A stretch of 64,000 nt of DNA from Nitrosarchaeum sp. GTDB lineage: Archaea > Thermoproteota > Nitrososphaeria > Nitrososphaerales > Nitrosopumilaceae. The stretch lies in the NCBI GenBank assembly GCA_965223865.1, contig OZ245020.1, forward strand, positions 256,001-320,000, read 5' to 3'. Under the pieces are notes generated by a model. That model did no database searches. It was not told the DNA's origin and worked only from the letters and a program-made list of their open reading frames with translations. Shown one piece after another: positions 18,139 to 29,229 of the stretch (positions within the stretch are counted from its first letter, which is position 1; each line of letters opens with the position of its first letter). The position numbers were made by a program, and so were the translations under genes.

Positions 18139-18223
18139 TGCGGGAGGTGGGATTTGAACCCACGAACTCCTAGAAGATAAGGATCTGAACCTTACGCCGT
18201 TGACCAGGCTGGGCGACTCCCGC
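18139..18223 (-). tRNA. tRNA-Leu (CAG)
   Basis: GCGGGAG/CTCCCGC acceptor stem, TAAGG-TTCAGAT-CCTTA anticodon arm, long variable arm, GGTTCAAATCC T-arm; CCA not encoded. Confidence 0.97.
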
Positions 18224-18306
18224 AATCTGGAATTTTGAAATCTAGAATAAGTTTCTTTATTATACTGTTTTAGTGTCAAACTAACAAAAAGGTAAATGTT
18301 TGAAAA

Positions 18307-18468
18307 ATGGAATTTAGCGAAGTATATTGTAATAATTGCAAAAAAGTTCTTGGAAGATACAACATAAAATTTTACACAGAAGATAAAATCAGTGAGTTGA
18401 TGAAAACAAGTCATGTAACTCATGTTAGAAATGGGCATCATGTAATAATTCGAAAAATCGAAAAATAA
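18307..18468 (+). CDS. 53-aa CxxC/His zinc-binding microprotein
   Basis: Manual translation MEFSEVYCNNCKKVLGRYN...SHVTHVRNGHHVIIRK. Confidence 0.75.
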   Translation: MEFSEVYCNNCKKVLGRYNIKFYTEDKISELMKTSHVTHVRNGHHVIIRKIEK

Positions 18469-18528
18469 CGATCTTAAGAGCATTTAATTGGTTTCTTCAA
18501 ATAATTTACAAATATTTTTTTAATTTAT

Positions 18529-19608
18529 TTAATCAAGTGATTTTTGAAATTCATCTAAGAGACTTTTTTGATGTTTATTGAGTTTTTTTGGTATATTTAC
18601 AACAATTCGAACATATTGGTCGCCTCTTCCTCTAGAATTTAGATGAGGAACGCCTTTTCCTTTTAGTTTTATTATAGTATTAGGTTGGCTTCCAGATTCC
18701 ACCTTGATTTTTTCAGTACCATCTAGAGTTGGAACTACAATCTCACGTCCTAAAGCAGCATCAACCATGGAGACATCTTGATCATAAAAGATGTCCCTCT
18801 CATCTCTCTTGAATTGAGGATGAGGCTGAACTCTAATTCTTACAATTAAATCTCCATTTACTCCTCCAGGGATTTCATTTCCTTCATTTGGAATTGTGTA
18901 ATCTCCTGAATCTACACCTGCTGGAATATCAAATGATATTTTTTTAGTGCCTTTTTTCTTTGTTTTTCCTTTACATTCACTGCAAGGAGTCTCTATAATA
19001 GAGCCTTGGCCTTGACAAGTTGAACAAGGCTCAACTGTAACAAAAGATGCAAATCCCATACTTCGGCTTTTACGAACTTGACCTTGGCCATTACAAGCTG
19101 AACAAGTATTCTTGTTTGTGCCTGGTTTACATCCTGAACCATTACATCCATCACACTTGATCTCTTTTTGTAGTTCAATTTCCATTTTTTTGCCATGTAA
19201 AACATCTTCAAGGGTAATTGAGGTTTCATAAAGAATATCAGAACCACGTTGTTGTCTGGAACTAAATCCTCCTCGTCCAAAAATTGATTCAAAAATGGAG
19301 TCAAATCCGCCACCACCTCTTCCAAATAAATCACTAAAGTCACCTCTTGCTCCCTGGAAAATATCATCACTGCTGTATCTTCCGTCTACTCCTTGATGAC
19401 CATATTGATCATACACTTTACGTTTTTCAGGATCAGATAGAACACCATATGCTTCAGAAATTTCTTTGAAATGCTCACCTGCCTCAGCTGATTGATTACG
19501 ATCTGGATGAAATTTTAAAGCTAGTTTTCTGTATTGTTTTTTGATTTCATCCGAAGAGCTTGTTTTTGAAACTCCTAAAACTTCATAGTAATCACGTTTT
19601 GCTGACAT
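18529..19608 (-). CDS. dnaJ: Chaperone DnaJ
   Basis: J-domain with HPD, G/F region, CxxCxGxG repeats. Confidence 0.98.
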   Translation of the reverse strand: MSAKRDYYEVLGVSKTSSSDEIKKQYRKLALKFHPDRNQSAEAGEHFKEISEAYGVLSDPEKRKVYDQYGHQGVDGRYSSDDIFQGARGDFSDLFGRGGGGFDSIFESIFGRGGFSSRQQRGSDILYETSITLEDVLHGKKMEIELQKEIKCDGCNGSGCKPGTNKNTCSACNGQGQVRKSRSMGFASFVTVEPCSTCQGQGSIIETPCSECKGKTKKKGTKKISFDIPAGVDSGDYTIPNEGNEIPGGVNGDLIVRIRVQPHPQFKRDERDIFYDQDVSMVDAALGREIVVPTLDGTEKIKVESGSQPNTIIKLKGKGVPHLNSRGRGDQYVRIVVNIPKKLNKHQKSLLDEFQKSLD

Positions 19609-19652
19609 TGATATCCCTTAATTATAATTGAAATAACGAGCTATTTGTAGAC

Positions 19653-21494
19653 TTAGTTACTTTTTGTTTCATCACTAGATGATTGAGAGGTGTTTTGTTG
19701 TCCTTCTCCTGCACTTTGTTGTCCTTCAGCTCCTGGTGGAGGAGCAGCATTTTTGTAAAGTTCAGTTGTAACTTCATTGACAATTGCCTTTAGAGAATCA
19801 AGTTTTGATTTTAATTCTTCAGGTTCCTTGTCTAGAAACTCTTTGACTTCTTTTACTGAATCAGTGATTTTGATTCCTTGTTCTTGGGAAATTTTATCTT
19901 TAAGGTTGTGATTTACTAATTTCTCAGTTGTGTAGATGTAGCTTTCAGCTTCATTTCTAAGATCAATTTTTTCCTTCTTCTTTTTATCCTCCTCAGAGAA
20001 TTTTTCTGCATCTTCTTTTAGTTTTTCAATTTCATCTTTAGATAATTTTGAGGTCGACTCTATGGTAATTTTTGCTTCTTTTTGTGTACCAAGATCCTTT
20101 GCAGTTACATTGATAATTCCATTTGCATCAATATCGAATTTAACTTCAATTTGAGGAATTCCTCGTGGTGCTGGTGGTAAATCAGTGAGGTTAAAGCTTC
20201 CTAGAGAAACATTGTCTGTAGCCATTGGTCGTTCACCTTGAACAACATGTATGGTTACTGCCGTTTGATTATCAGCAGCAGTTGTGAACACCTTACTTTT
20301 TGAAGTTGGAATAGTAGTATTTCTTTCAATTAATGGCTCCCTTACGCCACCTAGGGTTTCTATTCCTAAAGTTAATGGTGTTACATCTAATAATACAATA
20401 TCACTAGCAACATCTCCGGCAATAATTCCTGCCTGAATTGCTGCACCCATTGCTACTGCTTCCATAGGATCGACTCCAGATTCTGGTTCTTTTCCTACAA
20501 CTTCACCAACAAATTTTTTGACTAGTGGAATTCTTGTTGGACCACCAACCATGACAATTTTATTAATATCCGATGTTGATAGTTTTGCATCTTGTATGGC
20601 TTTGTCAATTGAGGATCTACATTTCTCTACAATTGGTCCAATAAGTTCATCTAATTTTGCTCGAGTAACTCTTAATTCAAGATTCTTTGCACCTGAAGAA
20701 TCCTGAGCAATGAATGGAAGGTTAATGTCAGTTTCCATTACTGTTGATAGTTCAATTTTTGCTTTTTCTGCTGCTTCTCTAATTCTTGTCATAGCTGTGT
20801 TATCTTGTGAAAGGTCAATTCCTTCCTTTTTCTTGAATTCGTCATTAATGTAATCAATTACAGCTTTATCCATATCAGTTCCACCCAATTGTGTATCACC
20901 AGAAGTACTCATTACTTCAAAGACACCACCACCCATTTCCATAATAGTAACATCTAATGTTCCACCACCAAAATCAAAGACAAGAATTTTCATATCTTGT
21001 TTTGCCTTGTCTAATCCAAATGCAAGTGATGCTGCAGTTGGTTCATTGATTATTCTTACTACATCAAGTCCGGCAATAGTACCAGCATCTTTTGTTGCTT
21101 GACGTTGGTTATCATCAAAATATGCAGGAACAGTAATCACTGCTTTTTCTACAGTTTCGCCTACGAAAGCTTCTGCATCTTTCTTTATTTTCTGAAGAAT
21201 AAAAGCAGAAATTTGTTGAGGTTTGTATTCTTTATCTTGAATTTTGAATGTATGTTCAGAGCCCATCTTTCGTTTTGCAGCTACAATTGTATTATCAGGA
21301 TTAGTTACTGCTTGTCTTCGGGCAGGCTCACCAACTAAAAGATCGCCATCTTTTGAGAATGCTACAACTGAAGGAAATGCCTTTCCTCCTACTGTTGCGC
21401 CTTCAGCTGCAGGAATTATGGTTGGTTTACCACCCATCATTACTGCAGCAGCCGAGTTACTCGTTCCTAAATCGATTCCTATTACTTTAGCCAT
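19653..21494 (-). CDS. dnaK: Chaperone DnaK (Hsp70)
   Basis: [15 protein letters not shown] and DFGGGTLD signatures. Confidence 0.99.
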   Translation of the reverse strand: MAKVIGIDLGTSNSAAAVMMGGKPTIIPAAEGATVGGKAFPSVVAFSKDGDLLVGEPARRQAVTNPDNTIVAAKRKMGSEHTFKIQDKEYKPQQISAFILQKIKKDAEAFVGETVEKAVITVPAYFDDNQRQATKDAGTIAGLDVVRIINEPTAASLAFGLDKAKQDMKILVFDFGGGTLDVTIMEMGGGVFEVMSTSGDTQLGGTDMDKAVIDYINDEFKKKEGIDLSQDNTAMTRIREAAEKAKIELSTVMETDINLPFIAQDSSGAKNLELRVTRAKLDELIGPIVEKCRSSIDKAIQDAKLSTSDINKIVMVGGPTRIPLVKKFVGEVVGKEPESGVDPMEAVAMGAAIQAGIIAGDVASDIVLLDVTPLTLGIETLGGVREPLIERNTTIPTSKSKVFTTAADNQTAVTIHVVQGERPMATDNVSLGSFNLTDLPPAPRGIPQIEVKFDIDANGIINVTAKDLGTQKEAKITIESTSKLSKDEIEKLKEDAEKFSEEDKKKKEKIDLRNEAESYIYTTEKLVNHNLKDKISQEQGIKITDSVKEVKEFLDKEPEELKSKLDSLKAIVNEVTTELYKNAAPPPGAEGQQSAGEGQQNTSQSSSDETKSN

Positions 21495-21500
21495 ATTATT

Positions 21501-22013
21501 TCATCCTTTTTTTGTAATTTCTACTAGCGTCGGTCTAATCACCCTCTCATGAGAAATATATCCTTTCCTGATTTCTTTGGTTATGGTATTTTCATCAAGA
21601 TCAGTATCATTAACAATTGAAATAGCCTCATGAAGATTTGGATCAAAGATCTCTCCTATCGCATCAATTGGAGTTACATTATATTTTGATAAAAGAGAAT
21701 CCATATTTTTCAAAATAGAATCTAATCCTACTGTATCAATCTTATTTTTAGAAAATGCCTCTTTAGCTCTAACAAAATCATCATGAATTTTTAAAAATTC
21801 TAACATAAACTCGTCGAGTTTTGAATTTATACCTCTTTCAATGTCCGACTCTACTTTTTTGGTAAGATTTTGGTAATCAGCTAAGATATGTTTAATTTTT
21901 TCTTCAGAATCAATGACTTTTTGTTTTTCTAATTCTAGTAGATTCTCCAATTCTTCAATAGATGATTCATCTGGATTTTCTAAACTGGATTCTGAATTGT
22001 TTTCATTAGACAT
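21501..22013 (-). CDS. grpE: Nucleotide exchange factor GrpE
   Basis: FDPNLHEAI and KGY...RVIRP; lies upstream of dnaK. Confidence 0.96.
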   Translation of the reverse strand: MSNENNSESSLENPDESSIEELENLLELEKQKVIDSEEKIKHILADYQNLTKKVESDIERGINSKLDEFMLEFLKIHDDFVRAKEAFSKNKIDTVGLDSILKNMDSLLSKYNVTPIDAIGEIFDPNLHEAISIVNDTDLDENTITKEIRKGYISHERVIRPTLVEITKKG

Positions 22014-22048
22014 TTTAACCAGAATATTTGTTAAGCTAATTTATACTC

Positions 22049-23188
22049 TTATTGGATAGTTTCGCATAAGGGGTTTGCCTTTACAATAATTAGATCTGAA
22101 TCTTGTTTAGTTTTTTGAATATTTTCAAAATCCGATTTTGAGCAAGTTACAACTATTGTGGTTTTATCGCTATGAAACAAATCAAAGTTTGGATCTTCAT
22201 AAGCTTCAACATCGCCAATATAATCACGTAGTTTAGAAGTTAAATTTTGAAGCATTTCAATTTTATCTCCACGCATTTCATGTTGATCAAGTGTCCAAGA
22301 AAGAGCAATTTTTGTTCTACTTGCTTTAAGATCATTTTTCTTTAGTGTAGATCGAATTTCATCAATTAGTCGTTTGATATATCCATCAATTCCCTTGACA
22401 CTTCCATTGATAAGATACATGAGCGTGTTTGTACCCTCAAATGATGAGCCTAGTGATTTTAAATCAAATAGTCCGCTGACCATGTTGTCTAGGTAAATTT
22501 CTTGGAATTCATCTGAGGAAAGATCTCTTTTTGTAATCTCATCTTTTGTAAATTTGCATACCTCAAGAATACTACACAAACTTGAAAATCTAGATAATAC
22601 GTCAATTGCGTGAAAATGTTCAGACGATGAGATTGCTACAAATTTTTTTTCTTTTTTTGATGTGGTTAAGAGTTCTGCTAATTTTGGATCTTCTTTACCG
22701 TTGTAGGATCCAATAATTTTTGGTTGCTCGTTAATATCTTGTAATGGATAATAAAAATAAGATATTTGTTTTCCAACTTCTAATCCTGTTATATGTTCTA
22801 AAAGTGAGATGTTTTCATTATTTCCACCAAATCCTGTTGGAAGTGTATAAACTACAGAGCTATTTTTTTTAAGAGAACTCGTAGCATCCTTGAATTTTGA
22901 ATGTATCTCAGTTTTGATATCTTGTCCTGTCTTTCGAATTCTAGGAGTAAAGAAGAGATATTGTGCCTTTGAAATTGCTACATTAATTGGCTCCATTGCC
23001 AGGAGAGGTTCATCTTCTTTGAGTGAGGAGACATTTGGATATGTTTTTGCTATTTCGGCTTTGAGAGATATTGCTGATGGTGTTGATTCATCAATAATAT
23101 GCACATCTGCACCCTTGATTGCCATTTGAGATGCAATGGAATATCCTTCGGTGCTAAGTCCATAAACAACAACTTTTGCTCCCCCCAT
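22049..23188 (-). CDS. Divergent UDP-glucose/GDP-mannose dehydrogenase-family protein
   Basis: N-terminal Rossmann-like KVVVYGLSTEG; overall layout of nucleotide-sugar dehydrogenases; catalytic motifs degenerate. Confidence 0.55.
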   Translation of the reverse strand: MGGAKVVVYGLSTEGYSIASQMAIKGADVHIIDESTPSAISLKAEIAKTYPNVSSLKEDEPLLAMEPINVAISKAQYLFFTPRIRKTGQDIKTEIHSKFKDATSSLKKNSSVVYTLPTGFGGNNENISLLEHITGLEVGKQISYFYYPLQDINEQPKIIGSYNGKEDPKLAELLTTSKKEKKFVAISSSEHFHAIDVLSRFSSLCSILEVCKFTKDEITKRDLSSDEFQEIYLDNMVSGLFDLKSLGSSFEGTNTLMYLINGSVKGIDGYIKRLIDEIRSTLKKNDLKASRTKIALSWTLDQHEMRGDKIEMLQNLTSKLRDYIGDVEAYEDPNFDLFHSDKTTIVVTCSKSDFENIQKTKQDSDLIIVKANPLCETIQ

Positions 23189-23251
23189 TGCAGTTGGCTA
23201 GGTAATAGAGTAAGAAAAACTTATTGAACTTGCAAAAATGATGAAAAATGT

Positions 23252-24265
23252 TTGAAAATTTGGATTGATATTCTTACTCCAAAACAATTACTATTTGCAG
23301 AGTCAATAATTGAGAAACTATCCAAAAAGCATCGCATTTTGTGTACCTCTAGATCGTATGAAGAAGTGTCAAATTTGGCAAAAATCAGGAAATTTAGTCT
23401 AATTTATGCAGGAAAACATGGTGGAATTGAAAGATCTAAGAAGTTAAAGGCAAGTAATCTTCGTGTGAAAAAACTGATTCCTATAATTGAGAAATTTGGG
23501 CCAGAGTTGACAATCAGTTTCTGCTCCCCAGAAGCAGCTAGAATTTCATTTGGGTTAGGAATTAGACATATTGCATTTTGTGATAGTCCACATGCAGAGG
23601 CAGTTATGAGATTGACTGTTCCTTTAATTCAAAAGATGCTAATACTATGGATAATTCCCAAAAAAGAGTTTTCAAAGTATGGAATCGATCAAAAAAATAT
23701 AATTTCATACAAAGCAATTGATGCACATATCACCATCAAAAGGAAAATTGTTCAAAAATCCAATTTGTTTAAAAAAAATAAAAAAAATATTTTGATTAGA
23801 GTTGAAGAAGAAGAAGCCGCATATGCCTCAAAACAAAACAAGAGCATTCCAATAATTAATGCAATTATAAGAAATTTTGATGAAGATATTGTGATTTTAG
23901 CTAGATACAAAAACCAAAGAGAAAATCTCAAGAGAAAATTTGGAGATAAAGTTACAGTTTTGAAAATGGCATATGATGGTAAAACGTTACTAGAAAATAC
24001 AGATGTGTTTATTGGATCTGGTGGAACTATGACTGGAGAATCTGCAATACTTGGAATACCTACAATTTCATACAATGCCGTACCAAATATAATTGAGAAA
24101 TATCTGGTGAAAAATAATCTTGTTAAAAGAGAAACAGATCATCAAAAAATTGTCAAAATTCTAGAGAAAATTTTCAAATCATCAAAAAAAGAATACAAAC
24201 TCAAAGCAGCAAGATTTTCAAATTCTATGGAAGATCCTATTGAAAAGTTAATCAAGATAATTTGA
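23252..24265 (+). CDS. DUF354 family GT-B fold protein
   Basis: MKIWIDILTPKQ, GKHGG and IGSGGTM..E.A.LGIP motifs. Confidence 0.85.
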   Translation: MKIWIDILTPKQLLFAESIIEKLSKKHRILCTSRSYEEVSNLAKIRKFSLIYAGKHGGIERSKKLKASNLRVKKLIPIIEKFGPELTISFCSPEAARISFGLGIRHIAFCDSPHAEAVMRLTVPLIQKMLILWIIPKKEFSKYGIDQKNIISYKAIDAHITIKRKIVQKSNLFKKNKKNILIRVEEEEAAYASKQNKSIPIINAIIRNFDEDIVILARYKNQRENLKRKFGDKVTVLKMAYDGKTLLENTDVFIGSGGTMTGESAILGIPTISYNAVPNIIEKYLVKNNLVKRETDHQKIVKILEKIFKSSKKEYKLKAARFSNSMEDPIEKLIKII

Positions 24266-24338
24266 GAAGATGTGAAATTATCAACCAGAATTTTCTAAAT
24301 AAAAAGTTCATTAAGGGAAATACAGTGCTCGATTTAGC

Positions 24339-24411
24339 AGCCCGGTAGTGTAGCGGTCAAGCATAGGGGCCTTTGGAGCCCTTGACCCCAGTTCGAGTCT
24401 GGGCCGGGCTA
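24339..24411 (+). tRNA. tRNA-Gln (TTG)
   Basis: AGCCCGG/CCGGGCT acceptor stem, GGGGC-CTTTGGA-GCCCT anticodon arm, GTTCGAGT T-loop. Confidence 0.97.
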
Positions 24412-24454
24412 CTACTTTTGAAATTCTCAACATGAATAAAGTGGTAAATTCATC

Positions 24455-25207
24455 TTGAAATTGAATCAAATGACAGATATTATTCTAGGAATGGGAGAGG
24501 TAGGCTCTACCCTATTTGAGTTGCTAACAGAGAGAGGTTTTGATTGCGTAGGAATTGATATCGACAAATCAAAGGAAAAAAATTTAGAATTAAACAAAAA
24601 TCCTCAAATTTTGCATATTTGTTTGCCAGGAGAATCAGATGAATTTGAAAATATGGTATTAGAAAAGATCAAAGAAAATCAAAGCTTACAAGCTGTAATT
24701 ATTCATTCAACTGTTAAACCCGGAACAACAAAAAGTATTCAAGACAAAACTGACATTCCTGTATTTTATTCTCCAGTAAGAGGAGTACACACAAGATTCC
24801 TAGAAGATTTCAAAAGATATACAAAATTTGTTGCATGTGATTGTAAAGTTAATGAGAATATCAGATCAGAAATTGAGAAAAGATTTCAAAAAGTTCAATG
24901 GATGTCAAATACAAAGACTGTAGAACTTGCAAAAATTCTAGTGGATACTAGCTACTATGGTTGGCTAATTAATTATGCTCAAATAACTAAAATGATTTGT
25001 GAAAAAGAAGGAGTAGATTTTGATGAGATGTGGAAATTTTCAGATGAGATTCAAGAGTTTTTAGGAAATAGACCAAAACTGATTCCTGGAATTATTGGGG
25101 GACATTGCGTAATTCCAAATTTAGATTTGATAGACTATGATGAATTAAAGACAATAAAAGATCTAAATGATATTTTTAAAAAATTCAAAGAAAAATCAAA
25201 AGTCTAA
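24455..25207 (+). CDS. Nucleotide-sugar (GDP-mannose/UDP-glucose) dehydrogenase family protein
   Basis: ILGMGEVG, HSTVKPGTT, SP.R, ELAK and GGHCV motifs. Confidence 0.85.
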   Translation: MKLNQMTDIILGMGEVGSTLFELLTERGFDCVGIDIDKSKEKNLELNKNPQILHICLPGESDEFENMVLEKIKENQSLQAVIIHSTVKPGTTKSIQDKTDIPVFYSPVRGVHTRFLEDFKRYTKFVACDCKVNENIRSEIEKRFQKVQWMSNTKTVELAKILVDTSYYGWLINYAQITKMICEKEGVDFDEMWKFSDEIQEFLGNRPKLIPGIIGGHCVIPNLDLIDYDELKTIKDLNDIFKKFKEKSKV

Positions 25208-25957
25208 TCGTGTTAATAATTTAGTTGCAACAAGAAATAGAATGGTAGTAAGAACAACTAAAACTCCCATCTCAATAATTACAAATTCAGTGATATTACC
25301 AAAAATTCCTCCTCTAATTACATCGACAAGATAAGTTAATGGATTTACATAAAAAGCAGTAGAGAGTGGTTCAGGTGTTCCTTCTACAGGATAAAATGCT
25401 GTACTAACAAAAGCAAAAAAAAGAAATGCAGTATTAATAATTACATTAAAGCCCTCACTTGAGCGCAATCTAGTTGAAATTATCGAAGCTAAAGAACCAA
25501 AAAGAATCGAGCCTGTAATGGCGGCAAAAATAATCATTGGAATTGTATAAATAGAAAATTCTAATGAATCAAAAAATACGGGATATCCTACTAGTGCAAT
25601 TAGTGTAGCACTGATCAATCCAACAATTCCAATGGTGCAGATATTACTGAACACATAATGAGCCCGAGTAAATGGTCCAGACATTATTTGTTCAAACATT
25701 CCGTGCCTACGATCATTCCAAATTATTATTCCAGATACTAAAGTACTGTTCATAATGTTAAATCCAATCATTCCTGAGGCAAGAAAAGCAGGATATGCAA
25801 TGTCTTTGGTTCCAAATGGAACCTCTTTGATTAATGAAGTATATGCAAAACCTGCCACAAAAATATAGATTAATGGAAACATTATCTGCCAAATCAGAAA
25901 ACCAGGATTTAGTGAAATTGTTAGATTTCGATTTACTAGTCTAATGATTGGATGCAT
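25196..25957 (-). CDS. ABC-2 type exporter permease
   Basis: Six TM helices; FYP...NPLTYLVD motif. Confidence 0.92.
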   Translation of the reverse strand: MHPIIRLVNRNLTISLNPGFLIWQIMFPLIYIFVAGFAYTSLIKEVPFGTKDIAYPAFLASGMIGFNIMNSTLVSGIIIWNDRRHGMFEQIMSGPFTRAHYVFSNICTIGIVGLISATLIALVGYPVFFDSLEFSIYTIPMIIFAAITGSILFGSLASIISTRLRSSEGFNVIINTAFLFFAFVSTAFYPVEGTPEPLSTAFYVNPLTYLVDVIRGGIFGNITEFVIIEMGVLVVLTTILFLVATKLLTRLDF

Positions 25958-26882
25958 TATCCTCCACCATTTTTAGAAATATTTCTTCAAGATTTGTTGG
26001 AACTGCAGAAAGGTCTTCAATTTCAATCTGGTTTTCATTTAGAGCCTTGAGGACTTGAAGCAACACTAGTTCTGACTCATGTGAATGAATTGTAATGTTT
26101 GTTCCATTGTTAAAGTCTATTTGACAATCTTTGATACCTGAAAGAATTTCAGAAATTTGATCTTCTTTTGTAGAGATGTGAATCTTGATTGTTCTTTCTT
26201 TGCCAAATTTATTTTTTAGAGATTCTGGAGAGTCTACTGTGAGTATTTTTCCTTTATCAATTATTGCAATCTCATCGCATAGATATTCTGCTTCAGTCAA
26301 AACATGAGTGGTGTAAAAAATTGTTAGTCCACCTGTTTTTACTTTATTTTTTATATAATCCATTAACTTTCTTCTTGCACTAGGATCCAAACCTACTGTT
26401 GGTTCATCTAAAAATAATAATTCCATATCATGCATAAATTCACGTGCAACCTGAACTCGTCTTCTCTGACCAATTGAGAGATCTTCGTTTCTTTTTTTTC
26501 GAATTTCACTTAGATCAAAGTCTTTGATTAGCTGTTCCATCCTTTCTTTTCTTTTTTCTTTTGGTACATCCCACATCATACCATATTTTTCAAGAGATTT
26601 TTCAACAGAAAGAGTAGGCTCGTAGCTTGGTTGCTGTAAGACAACTCCTATTTTGTGGCGTACATCTAATGGATTTTTGATAGCATCAACTCCTAAAATG
26701 TCAAGTGAACCCTCAGAAGGTGGAATTAAAGTTGTTAGTAATTTTATTGTAGTTGATTTTCCGGCTCCGTTTGGGCCTAAGAAGCCAAAGACTTGGCCAG
26801 ATTTTACTGATAAACTAATGTTATTTACTGCTCTAACTGAACCATATGATTTTTTTAGGTTTTTAGCTGAAATACAACTCAC
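25941..26882 (-). CDS. ABC exporter ATP-binding protein (DrrA-like)
   Basis: GPNGAGKST, LSIGQ and FLDEPT. Confidence 0.95.
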   Translation of the reverse strand: MSCISAKNLKKSYGSVRAVNNISLSVKSGQVFGFLGPNGAGKSTTIKLLTTLIPPSEGSLDILGVDAIKNPLDVRHKIGVVLQQPSYEPTLSVEKSLEKYGMMWDVPKEKRKERMEQLIKDFDLSEIRKKRNEDLSIGQRRRVQVAREFMHDMELLFLDEPTVGLDPSARRKLMDYIKNKVKTGGLTIFYTTHVLTEAEYLCDEIAIIDKGKILTVDSPESLKNKFGKERTIKIHISTKEDQISEILSGIKDCQIDFNNGTNITIHSHESELVLLQVLKALNENQIEIEDLSAVPTNLEEIFLKMVEDNASNH

Positions 26883-27154
26883 GAAGCGTTTTCCAGTCTT
26901 CTTACTAAAGTAGTTAATGTGTTCAATCTGGGTAATGCTAATTTAGAACCAGAAATTCAGGTGTTAATGAATTCATTGACAAAGAGTAAAAATAGAAATC
27001 TCCCCGATTTATGCCTGATGATACGACGTTTCTCGTAAAGGTTAAGATGTAAAATTGTTCAATATTTGGTTCAAATTTGAATAGGAGCACAACGTGCATG
27101 GGGATATAGTTAGATGTGTAGTTTTAAGACCCACGTGGAAAATTCAAAAATAGG

Positions 27155-28252
27155 TCAACTCGTTGTGTAATATTCTGCTTTTTTTCGTCCACTCTCGGTA
27201 AGAAGCAAGTTTTCTTGATCTTTCTTTTCTATCAGTTTTTTCTCTAGTGCAAATTCACATACTTTTTTCGAATATTCAGTCGTCCATCCCAAAGCATTAG
27301 ACACGCTTGAAGGAGTCACATTACGATGTGATTCAATTTCGTCATTTACATGAGTTAACATGATCCCAACATCTATTTCGAATCGCTGTTTTGAAATACG
27401 TCTCCATCTGCTTATCAAACCTCTGTGTGGTGCCAATACCCAGATTAATCCAAACATAATGCCTGCCATCGTTGCCATTGATCCTGCTATGGACACATCA
27501 GCTAAAATTGCAAACAGATATCCTGTAACAGCACTAATAATTCCCAAACTAACTGAAAGTATGATCATACGAGATAATCTATCTGTTAACAGATATGCTG
27601 CAGCTGCTGGGACTATGAAAAATGCAATTACTAAAATGGCACCAACAGATTCAAAAGCAACAACCGCTGTTGTAGCTACCATTATCATCAGCAAATAATG
27701 AATCAATACAGGCATCAACCCAACACCTACCGCAAGCGATGCATCAAACGTACTAATCTTTAGTTCCTTGTATAGAATCGCAATGAAGGAAATATTTGCA
27801 ATTGCCAAGCTGCCAAGAACCCAGAGGGATTTAGAACCTATGTTAATTTCATCCACATACAACGTATCAAATGGCACGAACTCAATCGAACCATACAGGA
27901 CATGTTGTGCATCTATGTGTACGTTGCCAGCTTGTGTGACGAGTATTACACCAATGGCAAAAAGGAACGGAAATACTATTCCAATTGAGCTGTCCTGTCT
28001 TAGTTTACCTGTACGATATAGCAATTCTACCAATGAAACTGTAAGTATACCTGATAATACTCCTCCAACAATTACTGGTACAGTCTCCCTTCCTCCAACT
28101 GCAAACACAGCAATAACAATTCCCAACAACACGGCATGACTTATTGCGTCAGACATCATTGCCATCTGCCTTAACACTAAAAATACTCCAATTGAAGCGC
28201 AATTTGCTGCAACCAACACAGCGGTTCCAATTATGATTAGATCACTGGACAC
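27155..28252 (-). CDS. troD: Mn/Zn/Fe ABC permease with C-terminal wHTH-like extension (TroD-like)
   Basis: DAISHAVL ABC-3 motif; C-terminal LLLTESGRKKAE. Confidence 0.88.
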   Translation of the reverse strand: MSSDLIIIGTAVLVAANCASIGVFLVLRQMAMMSDAISHAVLLGIVIAVFAVGGRETVPVIVGGVLSGILTVSLVELLYRTGKLRQDSSIGIVFPFLFAIGVILVTQAGNVHIDAQHVLYGSIEFVPFDTLYVDEINIGSKSLWVLGSLAIANISFIAILYKELKISTFDASLAVGVGLMPVLIHYLLMIMVATTAVVAFESVGAILVIAFFIVPAAAAYLLTDRLSRMIILSVSLGIISAVTGYLFAILADVSIAGSMATMAGIMFGLIWVLAPHRGLISRWRRISKQRFEIDVGIMLTHVNDEIESHRNVTPSSVSNALGWTTEYSKKVCEFALEKKLIEKKDQENLLLTESGRKKAEYYTTS

Positions 28253-28258
28253 TTCTTA

Positions 28259-29209
28259 TCAACTCCTTGACTTTTTCTTCTCCGAAATGTTGGTAATTTT
28301 GTCTGAGTTGTTTTGATATTGTCTTTTCTTACGAATATACTGGAATAGATAACCTTGTTTAGGGGAAAACATCAATGAAATGCCCAATATGGCAGTAATC
28401 GTAATTACAATAACCGGCCCTGTTGACATTCCCTCTGTTGTGCTACTTATCATAGAACCAATAATTCCGCTTATGCCTCCAAATATTGCAGAAAGAACCA
28501 ACATGCTTTTCAGGCTAGAAATCCATTGTCTTGCTGCGGCTGCAGGTGCTATGAGCATTGCCACCATTAGAACCACGCCAACTGTGTGCAGACCAATGAC
28601 AACTGCTACAACTATTACTGATGTCAGTAAGGCACTAAGGTATTTGGTTGGAAACCCCAAACTCTGTCCAAATGCACTATCAAATGTTGCAATTTTGAAC
28701 TCTTTGAAGAATACTATCAGAACTACAAAACATCCTGCAGCTAAAATTCCTAGGTTTATAACGTCTGTCTCTATCAATGCAGCTGCTTGTCCAAAAAGAA
28801 ATCTATCCAATCCTCCCTGACTTGCCCCTCCAATACTCTGCAGATATGTAAGAAGAATGATACCTAAACCAAAGAAAACAGAAAGTGTTATCCCAAGTGC
28901 TGCATCTTGCTTTATTCTTGTTGTGCTTGTGATTCCTAATGTAACAATCCCACCAAACCATGCAAACACTGCAGCACCCAACATCAAGAGCAGAGAGTCT
29001 TTTGTTCCGACAAAAAGATATGCAATTCCGATTCCTGGCAAAGCAGCATGAGATAAAGCATCACCAAACAAGCTCTGTTTTCTCAGAACAGTAAAACACC
29101 CTAGCGCCCCACTAGTTATTCCCAAAATAGCTGAGCCAAGGGCTACGTATCTGAGAGTGTAATCAGTGAAGATTCCAATGAAGATAGAAAATATTTCTTC
29201 AAGAACCAT
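28259..29209 (-). CDS. troC: Mn/Zn/Fe ABC permease (TroC-like)
   Basis: GDALSHAALPG, FLFGQ and LIAPAAAARQW. Confidence 0.88.
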   Translation of the reverse strand: MVLEEIFSIFIGIFTDYTLRYVALGSAILGITSGALGCFTVLRKQSLFGDALSHAALPGIGIAYLFVGTKDSLLLMLGAAVFAWFGGIVTLGITSTTRIKQDAALGITLSVFFGLGIILLTYLQSIGGASQGGLDRFLFGQAAALIETDVINLGILAAGCFVVLIVFFKEFKIATFDSAFGQSLGFPTKYLSALLTSVIVVAVVIGLHTVGVVLMVAMLIAPAAAARQWISSLKSMLVLSAIFGGISGIIGSMISSTTEGMSTGPVIVITITAILGISLMFSPKQGYLFQYIRKKRQYQNNSDKITNISEKKKSRS

Positions 29210-29229
29210 TTTAACATCTATTTTACATG

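Noticed and set aside
18106-18483. 125-aa minus-strand ORF
   Set aside because: It runs through tRNA-Leu and is antisense to a better 53-aa zinc-binding ORF.
27000-27106. ctgatga followed by a small hairpin: hammerhead ribozyme, C/D sRNA or riboswitch
   Set aside because: There is no GAAA after the stem, no properly placed D box and no yybP or fluoride riboswitch consensus; pairing is weak.
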